From: Alteripontixanthobacter sp. | Lineage (GTDB): Bacteria > Pseudomonadota > Alphaproteobacteria > Sphingomonadales > Sphingomonadaceae | Reading direction: 5' to 3' | Length of the DNA stretch: 64,000 nucleotides | Assembly (NCBI GenBank): GCA_039968605.1 | Contig: JBDVPM010000008.1 | Location: forward strand, 1,476,968-1,540,967 | Part shown: piece after piece, positions 1 to 10,521 of the stretch | How positions within the stretch are numbered: the first letter of the stretch is position 1 | How the letters are laid out: each line of letters starts with the position of its first letter | Notes under the pieces: generated by a model | Seen by the model: the letters and a program-made list of their open reading frames with translations, nothing else | Databases searched by the model: none | What the model was told of the DNA's origin: nothing | Program-made: the position numbers and the translations under genes

Positions 1-825
1 TTCCACACGCAGCAGGCGCTCGATTACGGGACGCAGATGGTGGCGGGTGTTACGCCGGGTAAAGGCGGCACCACGCATATCGGGTTGCCCAATTTCAACA
101 CGGTAGGCGATGCGAAGGAAGCGACTGGCGCGACCGCCTCGTGCATCTACGTACCCCCGCCTTTTGCCGCCGATGCCATTTGCGAGGCTATCGATGCCGA
201 GATGGAACTGATCGTCGCCATTACCGAGGGTATTCCGGTGCTCGACATGGTCCGCGTGAAGGCTGCGCTGGAGGGCTCCAAATCGCGCCTGATCGGGCCG
301 AACTGCCCTGGCGTACTCACGCCGGAAGAATGCAAGATCGGCATCATGCCCGGCTCCATCTTCAAGAAGGGCAGCGTCGGCGTGGTCAGCCGCTCCGGCA
401 CGCTGACTTACGAGGCAGTCCACCAGACCACGCAGGTCGGCCTCGGCCAGACCACCGCAGTCGGCATCGGCGGCGATCCGGTCAACGGGACCAACTTTAT
501 CGACGTGCTGGACCTGTTCCTGTCCGACGATGACACCAAATCGATCATCATGATCGGCGAAATCGGCGGCAGCGCCGAAGAAGAAGCCGCAGAATTTCTC
601 GCCAACGAAGCCAAGCGCGGTCGCCGCAAGCCGACCGTCGGCTTCATCGCAGGCCGCACCGCGCCTCCGGGCCGCCGCATGGGCCATGCGGGCGCGATCG
701 TTTCGGGCGGCAAGGGCGGCGCTGACGACAAGATCGCGGCGATGGAAGAAGCAGGCATCCGCGTCTCCCCCTCCCCCAGCGAACTCGGCACCACGCTCGA
801 TGCGATGCTGAAGGAAATGGCCTGA
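1..825 (+). CDS. sucD: succinate--CoA ligase subunit alpha (5' end outside window)
   Basis: Frame 1 is open from base 1. The translation ([11 protein letters not shown] ... [10 protein letters not shown] ... GHAGAIV) reads as SucD. sucA-sucB-lpdA follow directly. Confidence 0.95.
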   Translation, partial: FHTQQALDYGTQMVAGVTPGKGGTTHIGLPNFNTVGDAKEATGATASCIYVPPPFAADAICEAIDAEMELIVAITEGIPVLDMVRVKAALEGSKSRLIGPNCPGVLTPEECKIGIMPGSIFKKGSVGVVSRSGTLTYEAVHQTTQVGLGQTTAVGIGGDPVNGTNFIDVLDLFLSDDDTKSIIMIGEIGGSAEEEAAEFLANEAKRGRRKPTVGFIAGRTAPPGRRMGHAGAIVSGGKGGADDKIAAMEEAGIRVSPSPSELGTTLDAMLKEMA

Positions 826-915
826 CCCACGCGCCCGGCCTTTCGGGAGCAAGGACGTGTCTGGCGCATTGCCAAGAAACAGCCGGACGTAAACCGGCGC
901 TAAAAGGTGCCTCTG

Positions 916-3774
916 ATGGGTAACGAAAGCCACGATTTCCTCCCCGAATTGCCCGACCAAGGCAAGGCGCAGGCCGGGCCGAGCTGGGCCAATCCCAAAT
1001 GGCCGCTGGACCTGGCGGGCGAGGACGACCTGACCGACGGTCTGGACCCGACGGCGATGAAGCTTGCGGTCAAGCAAGCCGCCGCCAAGGCAGGCAAGCC
1101 GGTCGACGACAAGGCGATCGAGGCGGCCGCCGACAACGCCCTGCGCGCGATGCTGCTGATCCGCCTGTTCCGCGTGCGCGGCCACCTTGCAGCCGATCTG
1201 GACCCGCTGGGCCTGTCCAACCGCGAAATGCCCGAAGACCTCAAGCTGGAATGGCATGGCTTTGCCGGCCAAGAGGACCTGGAAGTCTATGTCGGCGGCA
1301 ATATGGGCTTCGAATGGGTCGCCATCGGCACGCTCTATGCCAAGCTGCAGGCCGATTATTGTGGCAAGGTCGGGCTGGAATACATGCATATTTCCGATGT
1401 GGAGGAGCGCCGCTTCCTGCAGGAAAAATTCGAAAGCCCCGGCGAAACGATCCAGTTCACTCCCGAAGGCAAGAAAGCCATCCTCGCCGCCGTGATCCGG
1501 GGCGAGCAGTATGAGGCCTTTCTCGGCAAGAAATATGTCGGCACCAAGCGTTTCGGTCTGGATGGCGGCGAAAGCATGATCCCCGCGCTGGAAGCGGTGA
1601 TCAAATATGGCGGCGCGATGGGCGTACGCGAGATCATCTACGGCATGGCGCATCGCGGGCGGCTCAACGTGCTCGCGAACGTGATGGCCAAGCCGTACAA
1701 GGTGATCTTCCACGAATTTTCCGGCGGCAGTTCCAACCCGGACGATGTCGGCGGTTCGGGCGATGTGAAATACCACCTCGGCACCAGCACCGACCGCGAG
1801 TTCGACGGGATCAACGTGCACATGTCGCTCGTCCCCAACCCCAGCCACCTGGAAGCGGTGGATCCGGTGGTGCTGGGCAAGGCGCGCGCGGCGCAGGCGA
1901 TCCGCAGCGACCTGGACGATCACGAACAGGTTCTGCCCGTACTGATCCACGGCGATGCGGCCTTTGCAGGCCAGGGCGTGGTATGGGAATGTTTCGGCCT
2001 GTCCGGCGTGCGCGGCTATTCCACCGGCGGGTGTATCCATTTCGTGGTGAACAACCAGATCGGCTTCACCACCAGCCCCAAATTCGCCCGTTCCAGCCCC
2101 TATCCCAGCGATGTCGCCAAGGGCGTCCAGGCGCCCATCCTGCACGTCAATGGCGACGATCCCGAAGCGGTGACCTTCGCTTCCAAACTGGCGATGGAAT
2201 ACCGGCAGAAGTTCAAGCGCGACGTCGTGGTCGATATGTGGTGCTATCGCCGCTTCGGCCACAATGAAGGCGACGAGCCGAAATTCACCCAGCCGCTGAT
2301 GTATGACGCCATCCGCAAACATCCCAAGGTCAGCGTGCTCTATTCGCAGCGCCTCGCCGAAGAAGGCACGATCGAGGAAGGCTATGGCGAGCAGCTCCGC
2401 GATGAATTCGTGGCTCAGCTGGAGGATGATTTCACCGCGTCCAAAAGCTACAAGCCTAACGAAGCCGACTGGTTCTCCGGACGCTGGAGCGGCCTGCACA
2501 AGCCCGCCGATCCGGAAACCGCTCGCCGAAACGTCGATACCGCGATCGAAAAGAAGCTGTTGGACAGCCTTGGCCGCACGCTGACCAGCGTTCCCGAAGG
2601 GCACACCATTCACAAGACGCTGGGCCGGGTGCTGAAGGCCAAGGCGGAGATGTTCGAAAGCGGCGAAGGGTTCGACTGGGCCACGGCGGAAGCGCTCGCC
2701 TTCGGCAGCCTGGTGACCGAGGGTTACGGCGTCCGGCTGTCCGGCCAGGATTCGGGTCGCGGCACGTTCAGCCAGCGTCACTCGATCTGGGTCGATCAGA
2801 ACACCGAAGAAAAATACATCCCGCTGACCACTCTGCCCCACGGCAAGTTCGAAGTGTATGATTCCACCCTTTCCGAATATGGCGTGCTCGGCTTCGAATA
2901 TGGTTTCGCCATGGCGGACCCGAAAACGCTGGTGATGTGGGAAGCGCAATTCGGCGATTTCGCCAATGGCGCGCAAATCATGATCGACCAGTTCATCGCG
3001 GCCGGGGAGGCGAAATGGCTGCGCGCCAACGGCCTGGTGATGCTGTTGCCGCATGGTTACGAAGGCCAGGGGCCGGAACACAGCTCCGCCCGGCTGGAGA
3101 GGTTTCTGCAGCTTTGCGCCAATGACAATATCCAGGTGTGCAATATCACCACCCCGGCCAATTACTTCCACGTGCTGCGCCGCCAGATGCTGCGTCCGTT
3201 CCGCAAGCCTCTGGTCATCATGACGCCCAAGAGCCTGCTGCGGCACCCGCTCGCCAAGAGCGAGGCAGACGAATTTCTGGGCGAACACCATTTCATGCGG
3301 ATCAAGTCCGACACCACCGAAATTCCGGATGAGAAAATCCGCCGGCTGGTGCTGTGCAGCGGCAAGGTCGCCTACGATCTGATGGAGAAGCGCGACGAGG
3401 AAGGCATCGACGATGTCTCGATCGTGCGGATCGAGCAGCTTTACCCCTTCCCCGGCGAACCGCTGACCGTTCGCCTCAAGCGCATGAAAAACCTGCAGGA
3501 AATTGTCTGGTGTCAGGAAGAGCCGCAGAATAACGGCGCGTGGTTCTTCGTGGACCGCCTGATCGAGCTGGCGGCGCGCGATGCCGGACATGACGGGATG
3601 CGCCCGATCTATGCCGGGCGTGAAGTCGCCGCTTCTCCCGCCACAGGGTACGCCCCGCGCCACAAGGCGCAGCAGGATGCGCTGGTTTCGGTCGCGCTTG
3701 ACCTAGCCCAGGTTGGCAAGGGTGCAAAACAAGGCAAGCCCCATACTGGCGGCGCGCAAAAGGCATTTTCGTGA
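916..3774 (+). CDS. sucA: 2-oxoglutarate dehydrogenase E1 component
   Basis: ~950-aa ORF with typical E1o sequence (MAHRGRLNVLANV, GDVKYHLG, NNQIGFTT, HGYEGQGPEHSS). ATG at 916; an alternative in-frame GTG lies at 907. Confidence 0.95.
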   Translation: MGNESHDFLPELPDQGKAQAGPSWANPKWPLDLAGEDDLTDGLDPTAMKLAVKQAAAKAGKPVDDKAIEAAADNALRAMLLIRLFRVRGHLAADLDPLGLSNREMPEDLKLEWHGFAGQEDLEVYVGGNMGFEWVAIGTLYAKLQADYCGKVGLEYMHISDVEERRFLQEKFESPGETIQFTPEGKKAILAAVIRGEQYEAFLGKKYVGTKRFGLDGGESMIPALEAVIKYGGAMGVREIIYGMAHRGRLNVLANVMAKPYKVIFHEFSGGSSNPDDVGGSGDVKYHLGTSTDREFDGINVHMSLVPNPSHLEAVDPVVLGKARAAQAIRSDLDDHEQVLPVLIHGDAAFAGQGVVWECFGLSGVRGYSTGGCIHFVVNNQIGFTTSPKFARSSPYPSDVAKGVQAPILHVNGDDPEAVTFASKLAMEYRQKFKRDVVVDMWCYRRFGHNEGDEPKFTQPLMYDAIRKHPKVSVLYSQRLAEEGTIEEGYGEQLRDEFVAQLEDDFTASKSYKPNEADWFSGRWSGLHKPADPETARRNVDTAIEKKLLDSLGRTLTSVPEGHTIHKTLGRVLKAKAEMFESGEGFDWATAEALAFGSLVTEGYGVRLSGQDSGRGTFSQRHSIWVDQNTEEKYIPLTTLPHGKFEVYDSTLSEYGVLGFEYGFAMADPKTLVMWEAQFGDFANGAQIMIDQFIAAGEAKWLRANGLVMLLPHGYEGQGPEHSSARLERFLQLCANDNIQVCNITTPANYFHVLRRQMLRPFRKPLVIMTPKSLLRHPLAKSEADEFLGEHHFMRIKSDTTEIPDEKIRRLVLCSGKVAYDLMEKRDEEGIDDVSIVRIEQLYPFPGEPLTVRLKRMKNLQEIVWCQEEPQNNGAWFFVDRLIELAARDAGHDGMRPIYAGREVAASPATGYAPRHKAQQDALVSVALDLAQVGKGAKQGKPHTGGAQKAFS

Positions 3775-3808
3775 TTAAAGATAATTCCCGCCAAGGGACG
3801 GAGCGAGC

Positions 3809-5083
3809 ATGACACAAGACGTCAAAGTACCCACGCTGGGCGAATCGGTAACCGAAGCGACCGTCGGCGAATGGCTGAAACAGCCCGGCGACGCGGTGGC
3901 GATGGACGAGCCGATCGTCAGTCTGGAGACCGACAAGGTTGCGGTGGAAGTCCCCTCCCCCGTGGCGGGCGTGCTGGGCAAGCTGACCGTCGAGATCGGC
4001 GATACGGTTGAAGTCGGCGCAGTCATCGCGACAATCGAGGAAGGCGGAGCGCCTGCCGGCGGCGGCGAGGAAGCCGGGCGGGCGAAGCAGCAGCGCGAAG
4101 AAGGCAAGGAACAGCGCGCCGAGGCCGGCGGTGAAAGTGCAAGCGGCGGCGACGATAGCACCGGGGATGCGGGCAACCAGACCCTCTCCCCCGCCGTGCG
4201 CCGCGCAGTGCTGGAACACGGGGTCGATCCCTCCACCATCAAGGGCACCGGCAAGGATGGCCGGCTGACCAAGGAAGACGTTCTCGCCGCGGCCAAGGCC
4301 AAGCGCGATGGCGGTACGCTGGATAAGGCCGCGCCCGAACAGGCCAAGACCGCTTCCGCCCCTGCCGCGTCTCAAACTGGCGAGCGCAAGACAGAGCGCG
4401 TCCGTATGACCCGCCTGCGCCAGACCATCGCCAAGCGGCTGAAGGGCGCGCAGGAAGAAGCGGCGCTGCTGACCACTTTCAACGATGTCGATATGACGGC
4501 GGTGATCGAGGCGCGGACGAAGTACAAGGACCTGTTCGCGAAGAAACACGACATCAAGCTCGGCTTCATGGGCTTCTTCGCCAAGGCCAGCTGTCTCGCG
4601 CTGAAAGACGTGCCGAGCGTGAATGCGCAGATCGACGGAGACGAGATCGTCTATCACGACTATGTCGATATTTCCGTTGCCGTCAGCGCGCCCAACGGCC
4701 TCGTCGTGCCGGTCATCCGCGATGCCGATCAAAAAGGTTTCGCGCGGATCGAGCAGGATATTGCCGATTTCGGTAAGAAGGCCAAGGATGGCACGCTGAC
4801 CATGGACGACATGAAAGGCGGCACCTTTACCATTTCCAATGGCGGTGTGTTCGGCAGCCTGATGTCCACCCCGATCATCAACCCGCCGCAAAGCGCCGTT
4901 CTGGGCCTTCACCGGATCGAAGACCGCGCCGTGGTCGTCGATGGCGAGATCGTTATCCGCCCAATGATGTATATCGCGCTGAGCTACGATCACCGCCTGA
5001 TCGACGGACGCGAAGCGGTAACCGCACTCAAGATTATCAAGGAAGCGATCGAAGATCCCACGCGGATGCTGATCGACCTCTGA
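3809..5083 (+). CDS. sucB: dihydrolipoyllysine-residue succinyltransferase (E2o)
   Basis: N-terminal lipoyl domain (SLETDKV), charged linker, E3-binding segment, and C-terminal catalytic DHRLIDG motif. Confidence 0.95.
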   Translation: MTQDVKVPTLGESVTEATVGEWLKQPGDAVAMDEPIVSLETDKVAVEVPSPVAGVLGKLTVEIGDTVEVGAVIATIEEGGAPAGGGEEAGRAKQQREEGKEQRAEAGGESASGGDDSTGDAGNQTLSPAVRRAVLEHGVDPSTIKGTGKDGRLTKEDVLAAAKAKRDGGTLDKAAPEQAKTASAPAASQTGERKTERVRMTRLRQTIAKRLKGAQEEAALLTTFNDVDMTAVIEARTKYKDLFAKKHDIKLGFMGFFAKASCLALKDVPSVNAQIDGDEIVYHDYVDISVAVSAPNGLVVPVIRDADQKGFARIEQDIADFGKKAKDGTLTMDDMKGGTFTISNGGVFGSLMSTPIINPPQSAVLGLHRIEDRAVVVDGEIVIRPMMYIALSYDHRLIDGREAVTALKIIKEAIEDPTRMLIDL

Positions 5084-5092
5084 GGACGAACA

Positions 5093-6499
5093 ATGGCTGA
5101 CCACAATTACGATTACGATTGCCTTATCATCGGCGCGGGCCCGGGCGGATATGTCGCCGCCATTCGTGCTGCGCAGCTGGGACTGAAAACCGCTTGCGTG
5201 GAAAGCCGCGAGGCGCTGGGCGGGACGTGCCTCAATGTCGGCTGCATCCCCTCCAAGGCGCTGCTTCACGCTTCCGAACTGTTCGAGGAGGCAGAGGGCG
5301 GCCACATGGCCAAATGGGGCATGAAGACCACCGTCGAACTCGACGTCGAAGCCATGCTGGCGGAAAAGAACAAGGCCGTCGATGAGCTGACCGGCGGGAT
5401 CGAATACCTGTTCAAGAAGAACAAGGTCACCTGGATCAAGGGCCACGCCGCCTTCGAAGACGCCCATAGCGTGACGGTGGATGGCAAGACCCACACCGCC
5501 AAGGATATCGTCATCGCCACCGGGTCCAGCGTGACGCCGCTACCGGGTGTCGAGGTCGATAATGACAAGGGCCGGATCGTCGATTCTACCGGCGCGCTGG
5601 AAATCGGCGAAGTGCCCGAACATCTGGTAGTGATCGGCGGCGGAGTTATCGGGCTGGAACTGGGTTCCGTCTGGCGCCGCCTTGGTGCGAAAGTCACCGT
5701 GGTCGAATATCTCGACATGTTGCTGCCGGTTATGGACAAGGATGTCCGCAAGGAAGCAGGCAAGATCTTCAAGAAGCAGGGCATGGACCTGAAGCTGAAG
5801 AGCAAGGTGACCGGCGCCAGCGTGAAGGGCAAGAAAGTCACTCTGACCGTAGAGCCCGCCGCCGGGGGCGATGAGACCACTATCGAGGCGAGCCATGTGC
5901 TGGTGTCCATCGGTCGCCGCCCCAATGTTGAAGGGCTGAATATCGATGCGATCGGGCTGGAGCTGAACAAGCGCGGTCAAATCGAAACCGATCACGATTT
6001 CCGAACCAAGATAGACGGCGTGTGGGCAATCGGCGATTGCATCCCCGGCCCCATGCTCGCCCACAAGGCCGAGGATGAAGGCATCGCGGTGGCGGAAAAC
6101 ATCGCCGGGCAGACAGGCATCGTGAACCACGCGGTAATTCCCGGCGTGGTCTATACGATGCCCGAATTCGCCGATGTCGGCTTGACCGAGGAAGAGGCCA
6201 AGGAAGCCGGACACACCGTAAAGGTCGGCAAATTCCCGATGATGGCGAACAGCCGTGCCAAGGCGAACCGAGATACGGACGGCTTCGTGAAAGTCATCGC
6301 CGATGCGGAAACCGACCGCGTATTGGGCGTACACATCGTCGCCAGCCTGGCTGGCACGATGATCGCGGAAGCAGCCCTGGCGATGGAATTCGGCGCAACA
6401 TCCGAAGACATCGCCTATACCTGCCATGCACACCCCACCCATGCAGAGGCGCTGAAAGAAGCAGCCATGGGCGTGCAGGGGCAAGCAATCCACATCTGA
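5093..6499 (+). CDS. lpdA: dihydrolipoyl dehydrogenase (E3)
   Basis: GAGPGGY FAD motif, redox-active GGTCLNVGCIPSK, and a C-terminal HAHPT interface motif. Confidence 0.95.
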   Translation: MADHNYDYDCLIIGAGPGGYVAAIRAAQLGLKTACVESREALGGTCLNVGCIPSKALLHASELFEEAEGGHMAKWGMKTTVELDVEAMLAEKNKAVDELTGGIEYLFKKNKVTWIKGHAAFEDAHSVTVDGKTHTAKDIVIATGSSVTPLPGVEVDNDKGRIVDSTGALEIGEVPEHLVVIGGGVIGLELGSVWRRLGAKVTVVEYLDMLLPVMDKDVRKEAGKIFKKQGMDLKLKSKVTGASVKGKKVTLTVEPAAGGDETTIEASHVLVSIGRRPNVEGLNIDAIGLELNKRGQIETDHDFRTKIDGVWAIGDCIPGPMLAHKAEDEGIAVAENIAGQTGIVNHAVIPGVVYTMPEFADVGLTEEEAKEAGHTVKVGKFPMMANSRAKANRDTDGFVKVIADAETDRVLGVHIVASLAGTMIAEAALAMEFGATSEDIAYTCHAHPTHAEALKEAAMGVQGQAIHI

Positions 6500-6506
6500 C
6501 GGCATT

Positions 6507-7325
6507 ATGGCGGGGCAGGTGCGAACCGGAACTGCGCGCTTACCCGCTTTGGCCGCGCTCGCGCTGCCGGTATTGGCGGGCGCGGCGTTCATGGCCGTGG
6601 GCGGCGCACCGTCCGGCTATGCCGCCGCAAACCTTGCGGCCTTGGTCACAGCCGGCCTGTGGGTAATGTTCGGCCGCCAGCCTCGCTCGATATTCCTTGT
6701 CAGATCGCTGGCAATTGTCTTGGTCGCGATGCTCTTCCTCCCAATGGTGACCGGGCCGCAGTTGAACGGCATTGCGCGGTGGGTGCCAATCGGCGTGTTT
6801 AACATCCACGCCGGGATGCTGTGTGTGCCCGCTTTGTGCGTGCTCACCTCCCGCGATCAGGCCTATGCCGCTCCCTTGCTCCTCACCGCCCTGCTCGCGG
6901 CGCTGCTCCAGCCGGATGCAGCCACGGGATTGGCGCTGGTTTTCGGCGCTGCCGGACTTCACCATGTGACGCGCGACTGGCGCGTCGGCGTGGCGGCAAT
7001 CGCGGGGTTTGGCGCCACACTGGTTATGGCTACTCGCGGCGAGTTGCCCGCGCAGCCATTCGTCGAGCGCGTGCTAGTCGATGCCTTGTCCGCAAACCTG
7101 CCCCTTGCCCTGATGATGGCCGCTGCGCTGCTCGCCGCATTTCTGCTCATCCTGTTCGCTGCGCCGCTAGCGCGCCCGGCTCGCTTTGCCTGCGCCGGAT
7201 CGCTGGGGGGATTTGTAGTGATGTCCATCGTTTCGCACTATCCCACGCCTCTGGCCGGATTTGGGGTGTCGGCAATCCTCGGTTATGGCTTTGCGATTGG
7301 ATTGGTAAAGAGAGACAATCGGTGA
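6507..7325 (+). CDS. polytopic membrane protein, function unknown (weak SEDS/FtsW-RodA-like C-terminal resemblance)
   Basis: 272-aa ORF with several long hydrophobic segments. Its stop overlaps the next gene's GTG start (GTGA). Confidence 0.6.
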   Translation: MAGQVRTGTARLPALAALALPVLAGAAFMAVGGAPSGYAAANLAALVTAGLWVMFGRQPRSIFLVRSLAIVLVAMLFLPMVTGPQLNGIARWVPIGVFNIHAGMLCVPALCVLTSRDQAYAAPLLLTALLAALLQPDAATGLALVFGAAGLHHVTRDWRVGVAAIAGFGATLVMATRGELPAQPFVERVLVDALSANLPLALMMAAALLAAFLLILFAAPLARPARFACAGSLGGFVVMSIVSHYPTPLAGFGVSAILGYGFAIGLVKRDNR

Positions 7326-7738
7326 ACCTTCCCCCTTTCCATCTCGCATTTCCGGTCGATGACCTGGCCGCCGCTCGCGCCTTTTATGGTCAGTTGATCG
7401 GCTGCGAGGAGGGTCGGTCATCCTCCCAATGGATCGATTTCAATTTCTTCGGCCACCAGATCGTTACGCACCTGTCGCCTGGCGGCGGGGACCGCGCCAG
7501 CAATCCAGTCGATGGCCACGATGTGCCGGTTCCCCATTTCGGCGTGGTCCTGACGATGGATGCATGGCGCAGCCTGGCCGGGCGGCTGGAGGCAGCCGGA
7601 ACCGCCTTTATCATAGAACCGACAATCCGCTTTGCCGGTGAGCCGGGTGAGCAGGCGACGATGTTCCTGCGCGATCCCAGTGGCAATGCGCTCGAATTCA
7701 AGGCAATGGCCAATCCCGATAACCTTTTCCGGTCCTGA
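7322..7738 (+). CDS. VOC (glyoxalase/bleomycin-resistance/dioxygenase) family protein
   Basis: The C-terminal 138 aa of the 6821..7738 ORF ([22 protein letters not shown] ... [12 protein letters not shown]) reads as a VOC fold. The in-frame GTG at 7322 overlaps the upstream stop. Confidence 0.8.
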   Translation: MNLPPFHLAFPVDDLAAARAFYGQLIGCEEGRSSSQWIDFNFFGHQIVTHLSPGGGDRASNPVDGHDVPVPHFGVVLTMDAWRSLAGRLEAAGTAFIIEPTIRFAGEPGEQATMFLRDPSGNALEFKAMANPDNLFRS

Positions 7739-7765
7739 CCGACATTGATGCAGGGACGCAGCCTC

Positions 7766-8464
7766 ATGCGCAAATTCGCCAAATGGCATATCTGGCTCGC
7801 CTGGGCGACGGGTATCCCGATCCTGATGTGGACGATCACCGGCCTGGTAATGGTCGCCAAGCCAATAGATGAGGTGCGCGGCAATCACCTGCGCAAGGAA
7901 ACGGCGGCCGAGCTATTGCCCGCCGGAAACCCGCGTCCGATCGGCTTCCCGGTGGAAAACCCTGCCCGCTATTCGGAAATGCGCACGATCATGCAGGATG
8001 GCCGTGCGATCTGGCTGCTGACCGCCCAGGACGGTACGGTCGAGCGATTGCCTGCCGATATGGAGGCAGAACCGCTGGCTCCGGTGGACGAGGATTACGT
8101 CCGCAAGACGGTGGCCGAGACGATCGTTGGCGGCGAGCGTATCGAAGCCATCGAGCGGTTCAATGCCGAGGATACGCCGTTCGATTTTCGCCGGCCCATC
8201 CCGTCCTGGCGGGCCAGCCTGGCGGATGGAACGCATGTTTATATCAATGCGCAAACCGGCGAGATCGCTGCGGTCCGCACGCGCTGGTGGCGTTTTTTCG
8301 ATTTTGCCTGGGGGCTGCATATCATGGATTTGCAGACGCGCGAGGATACCTCCCACCCGGTGCTGATCATATTCGCCGCGCTTGCCGTAATCGGGTCGCT
8401 GCTGGGTACGATCCTGATGTTTCGCCGACGCAAGGCGCGTATAAAGGTACCGAAAAGTGGCTGA
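7766..8464 (+). CDS. PepSY-associated TM helix / PepSY domain membrane protein
   Basis: N-terminal KWHIWLAWATGIPILMWTITGLVM and a C-terminal TM helix flank a soluble middle region. The start could be 7745 or 7766. Confidence 0.7.
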   Translation: MRKFAKWHIWLAWATGIPILMWTITGLVMVAKPIDEVRGNHLRKETAAELLPAGNPRPIGFPVENPARYSEMRTIMQDGRAIWLLTAQDGTVERLPADMEAEPLAPVDEDYVRKTVAETIVGGERIEAIERFNAEDTPFDFRRPIPSWRASLADGTHVYINAQTGEIAAVRTRWWRFFDFAWGLHIMDLQTREDTSHPVLIIFAALAVIGSLLGTILMFRRRKARIKVPKSG

Positions 8465-9092
8465 AATTATCCTGACCCCGCTGGTCGATATTCTCGATAT
8501 ACTCGGCGTAGCGATCTTTGCGCTGTCCGGCGCACTGCTGGCGGCCAAGGAACGCCAGACATTCGTGACGATGGTGTTCTTCGCGCTGATCACCGGCGTG
8601 GGCGGCGGCACGGTGCGCGACCTGTTGATCGATGCACCGGTATTCTGGATCAACGATCCGTGGGTCGCGGCGGTGTGCCTTGGCATCGCGCTGGCCGCGT
8701 GGTTCGTGCCCACCCAGCGTTACGACGGGCGGCTGCTGGATTATGCCGATGGGCTGGGACTGGCGGCCTATGCGGTGCTCGGTGCGGTGAAGTCGCTATC
8801 CTATGGCATCCCGCCGGTGCCGGCCTTCCTGATGGGCGTGATTACCGGCTGTGTCGGCGGCATCATCCGCGATGTCATTGCCGGCCGGCCATCGATCCTG
8901 ATGCGGCACGAGTTGTATGTGACGGCGGCGGCTTTGGCCGCCGCATTGGCGGTAGGCGGGACGATGCTGGACTTGCCCAGCCCGGTGGTGTGGACCGTAG
9001 CAGCGGTGGCGGGCTTCGTCCTGCGCGCCGCCGCGATCCGCTTCGGCCTGTCGCTGCCCGCCTATCGCTACACCAGCGACAGCAAGGGCTAA
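8457..9092 (+). CDS. trimeric intracellular cation channel (TRIC/UPF0126, YadS-like) family protein
   Basis: Two repeats of the UPF0126 glycine-rich motif (ALITGVGGGTVRDLLI and VITGCVGGIIRDVIA). 7-TM-like hydropathy. Confidence 0.8.
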   Translation: MAEIILTPLVDILDILGVAIFALSGALLAAKERQTFVTMVFFALITGVGGGTVRDLLIDAPVFWINDPWVAAVCLGIALAAWFVPTQRYDGRLLDYADGLGLAAYAVLGAVKSLSYGIPPVPAFLMGVITGCVGGIIRDVIAGRPSILMRHELYVTAAALAAALAVGGTMLDLPSPVVWTVAAVAGFVLRAAAIRFGLSLPAYRYTSDSKG

Positions 9093-9095
9093 GCC

Positions 9096-9848
9096 TTACC
9101 GGCCGCCTTCGGCCACGTAATAATCGCCATCGACAGGGCCGCCCGGATAGGCGGGCACGCCCTGTTCGTCCGGCGCGTAGTCGACTTCGGTGTAACGCAC
9201 TTGCGCCTCCGGTCCGGTTGCGGACGGATCCACGTCGGTCCAGGCCTTGAAATAGGTCTCTTCGGAGAACTGGCGGTCTTCGACCGGCGCGTAGCTGGCG
9301 GCAGACGCATCGCCGCCCCCGCCATAGCCGATATCCTCTATCCGGCCATCATTGCCGATCCGGCAGGAAAAGCCCTGACCATCGAACAGGCGGCCCTGGA
9401 CCAGCCAGCCTTCGCCAGTGCGCGAAACGTTATCGACGCCCTCTACGCGCACATCGCGCTCTATTTCGGCAAGACACATATCCACCGCGCGGTCGATCCC
9501 GCGATCGTCGGAATAGCGGCGATCATCATCGCGCCGGTCGCGGTAACGCACATCGCGGTAACGGTCGCGCTCGCGATCATTACGCGATGCGGCGCTGGCC
9601 ACGGCAGCGATGGTGCCCAGCACCAATACACCGGCGATCACGTCGCCCGCATCAACGCCGCGGTTGCGCCGATAACGCCGATAGCGGTGATTATCCGCAA
9701 CATCGTCCTGCACATCCCACATCGCGACCTGGGGCACTGTTTGCGCCTGAACGGGCACCGGAAGCTCAGCCGCAGATGCGGGAGCGACTGCCATCGACAG
9801 CGCGGCTGTCATGGCAGAAATTGCGGAAAGGCGGAAAGGCACGGACAT
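9096..9848 (-). CDS. exported Arg/Asp/Tyr-rich protein, paralog B (unknown function)
   Basis: Signal peptide (MSVPFRLSAISAMTAALSMAVAPASA). Shares GVDAGDVIAGVLVLGTIAAVASAA, an RD-rich tract and a Cys-containing C-terminal domain with the neighbouring gene. ATG at 9848 is preceded by AGGGGA; the ORF track's longer start is 9893. Confidence 0.7.
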   Translation of the reverse strand: MSVPFRLSAISAMTAALSMAVAPASAAELPVPVQAQTVPQVAMWDVQDDVADNHRYRRYRRNRGVDAGDVIAGVLVLGTIAAVASAASRNDRERDRYRDVRYRDRRDDDRRYSDDRGIDRAVDMCLAEIERDVRVEGVDNVSRTGEGWLVQGRLFDGQGFSCRIGNDGRIEDIGYGGGGDASAASYAPVEDRQFSEETYFKAWTDVDPSATGPEAQVRYTEVDYAPDEQGVPAYPGGPVDGDYYVAEGGR

Positions 9849-9900
9849 CTCGGGTCCCCTACAGGAATATGGCGAGCTTGATTTGCTTAACATGGAACTA

Positions 9901-9932
9901 GGCGGTCCAGACTGTCTTTAGTCTGAACCGCC
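9901..9932 (-). terminator. 13-bp stem hairpin (one mismatch) between the two RD-rich paralogs; possible terminator
   Basis: GGCGGTCCAGACT-gtcttt-AGTCTGAACCGCC lies directly downstream of the 9955 stop. There is no clear U-run. Confidence 0.3.
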
Positions 9933-9954
9933 CGGTTCGGTGTGGTTCCGGCGA

Positions 9955-10521
9955 TTAGCGCAGGCCGCGAATGCCGCGATAATCCAGGCCGACTACGCGT
10001 CCGCGAGAAATATCGCAGGTGAAGCGGCCATTGTCCGACCCGCGATATCCGCGGCGGTCGTAACGGTCATTGCGGTCATACCGGCTGCCGCGATCATACC
10101 GATCGTAGCGATTGTAACCGCGCGAGCCATCGACCTGGATACGGCCCTTCACGCGCCAGCCATAGCGAGTCCGGTCGACATCGCGGATCTGGGTGACATC
10201 GGCAAAGCGATAGCCGGAGCGGCGCGCATCGCGCTCGGCGGCGCGAACGCACTGTTCAACGGCGCGTCTGCCATTACCACGGCGTTCATAGCCATAGCGG
10301 CGATCGTCGTACCGGCCGCGATACCTGTCGTCATAGCGGTCACGCTTGCCAGCGGCAGAGGCGATGGCGGCAATGCCGCCCAGAATAACGGCGCCAGCGA
10401 TAATGTCGCCGGCATCGACACCGCCGCGGTCGCGGTCGCGGGCAAAGGCGGGTGCGGCGGAGGTCATCGCCATCGCACCTGCGGCGACGGTTCCGACAAG
10501 GGCTTTGGAAATGATCTTCAT
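9955..10521 (-). CDS. exported Arg/Asp/Tyr-rich protein, paralog A (unknown function)
   Basis: Signal peptide (…AMAMTSAAPAFA), GVDAGDIIAGAVILGGIAAIASAA, RYDDRYRGRYDDRRYGY and RYDRYDRGSRYDRNDRYDRR tracts, and a conserved C...ERD...GW.V.GR...F.C.I..GR pattern. Confidence 0.7.
   Translation of the reverse strand: MKIISKALVGTVAAGAMAMTSAAPAFARDRDRGGVDAGDIIAGAVILGGIAAIASAAGKRDRYDDRYRGRYDDRRYGYERRGNGRRAVEQCVRAAERDARRSGYRFADVTQIRDVDRTRYGWRVKGRIQVDGSRGYNRYDRYDRGSRYDRNDRYDRRGYRGSDNGRFTCDISRGRVVGLDYRGIRGLR

Noticed and set aside
3476-5494. 672-aa minus-strand ORF antisense to sucB/lpdA
   Set aside because: It lies entirely opposite two well-supported genes. The translation is Arg/Ala/Gly-rich and low-complexity, which is typical of spurious antisense ORFs in GC-rich DNA.
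6821-7321. N-terminal 167 codons of the 305-aa ORF 6821..7738
   Set aside because: This part overlaps the membrane-protein gene in another frame and is Arg-rich nonsense. The VOC domain begins at the in-frame GTG at 7322, which is coupled to the upstream stop.
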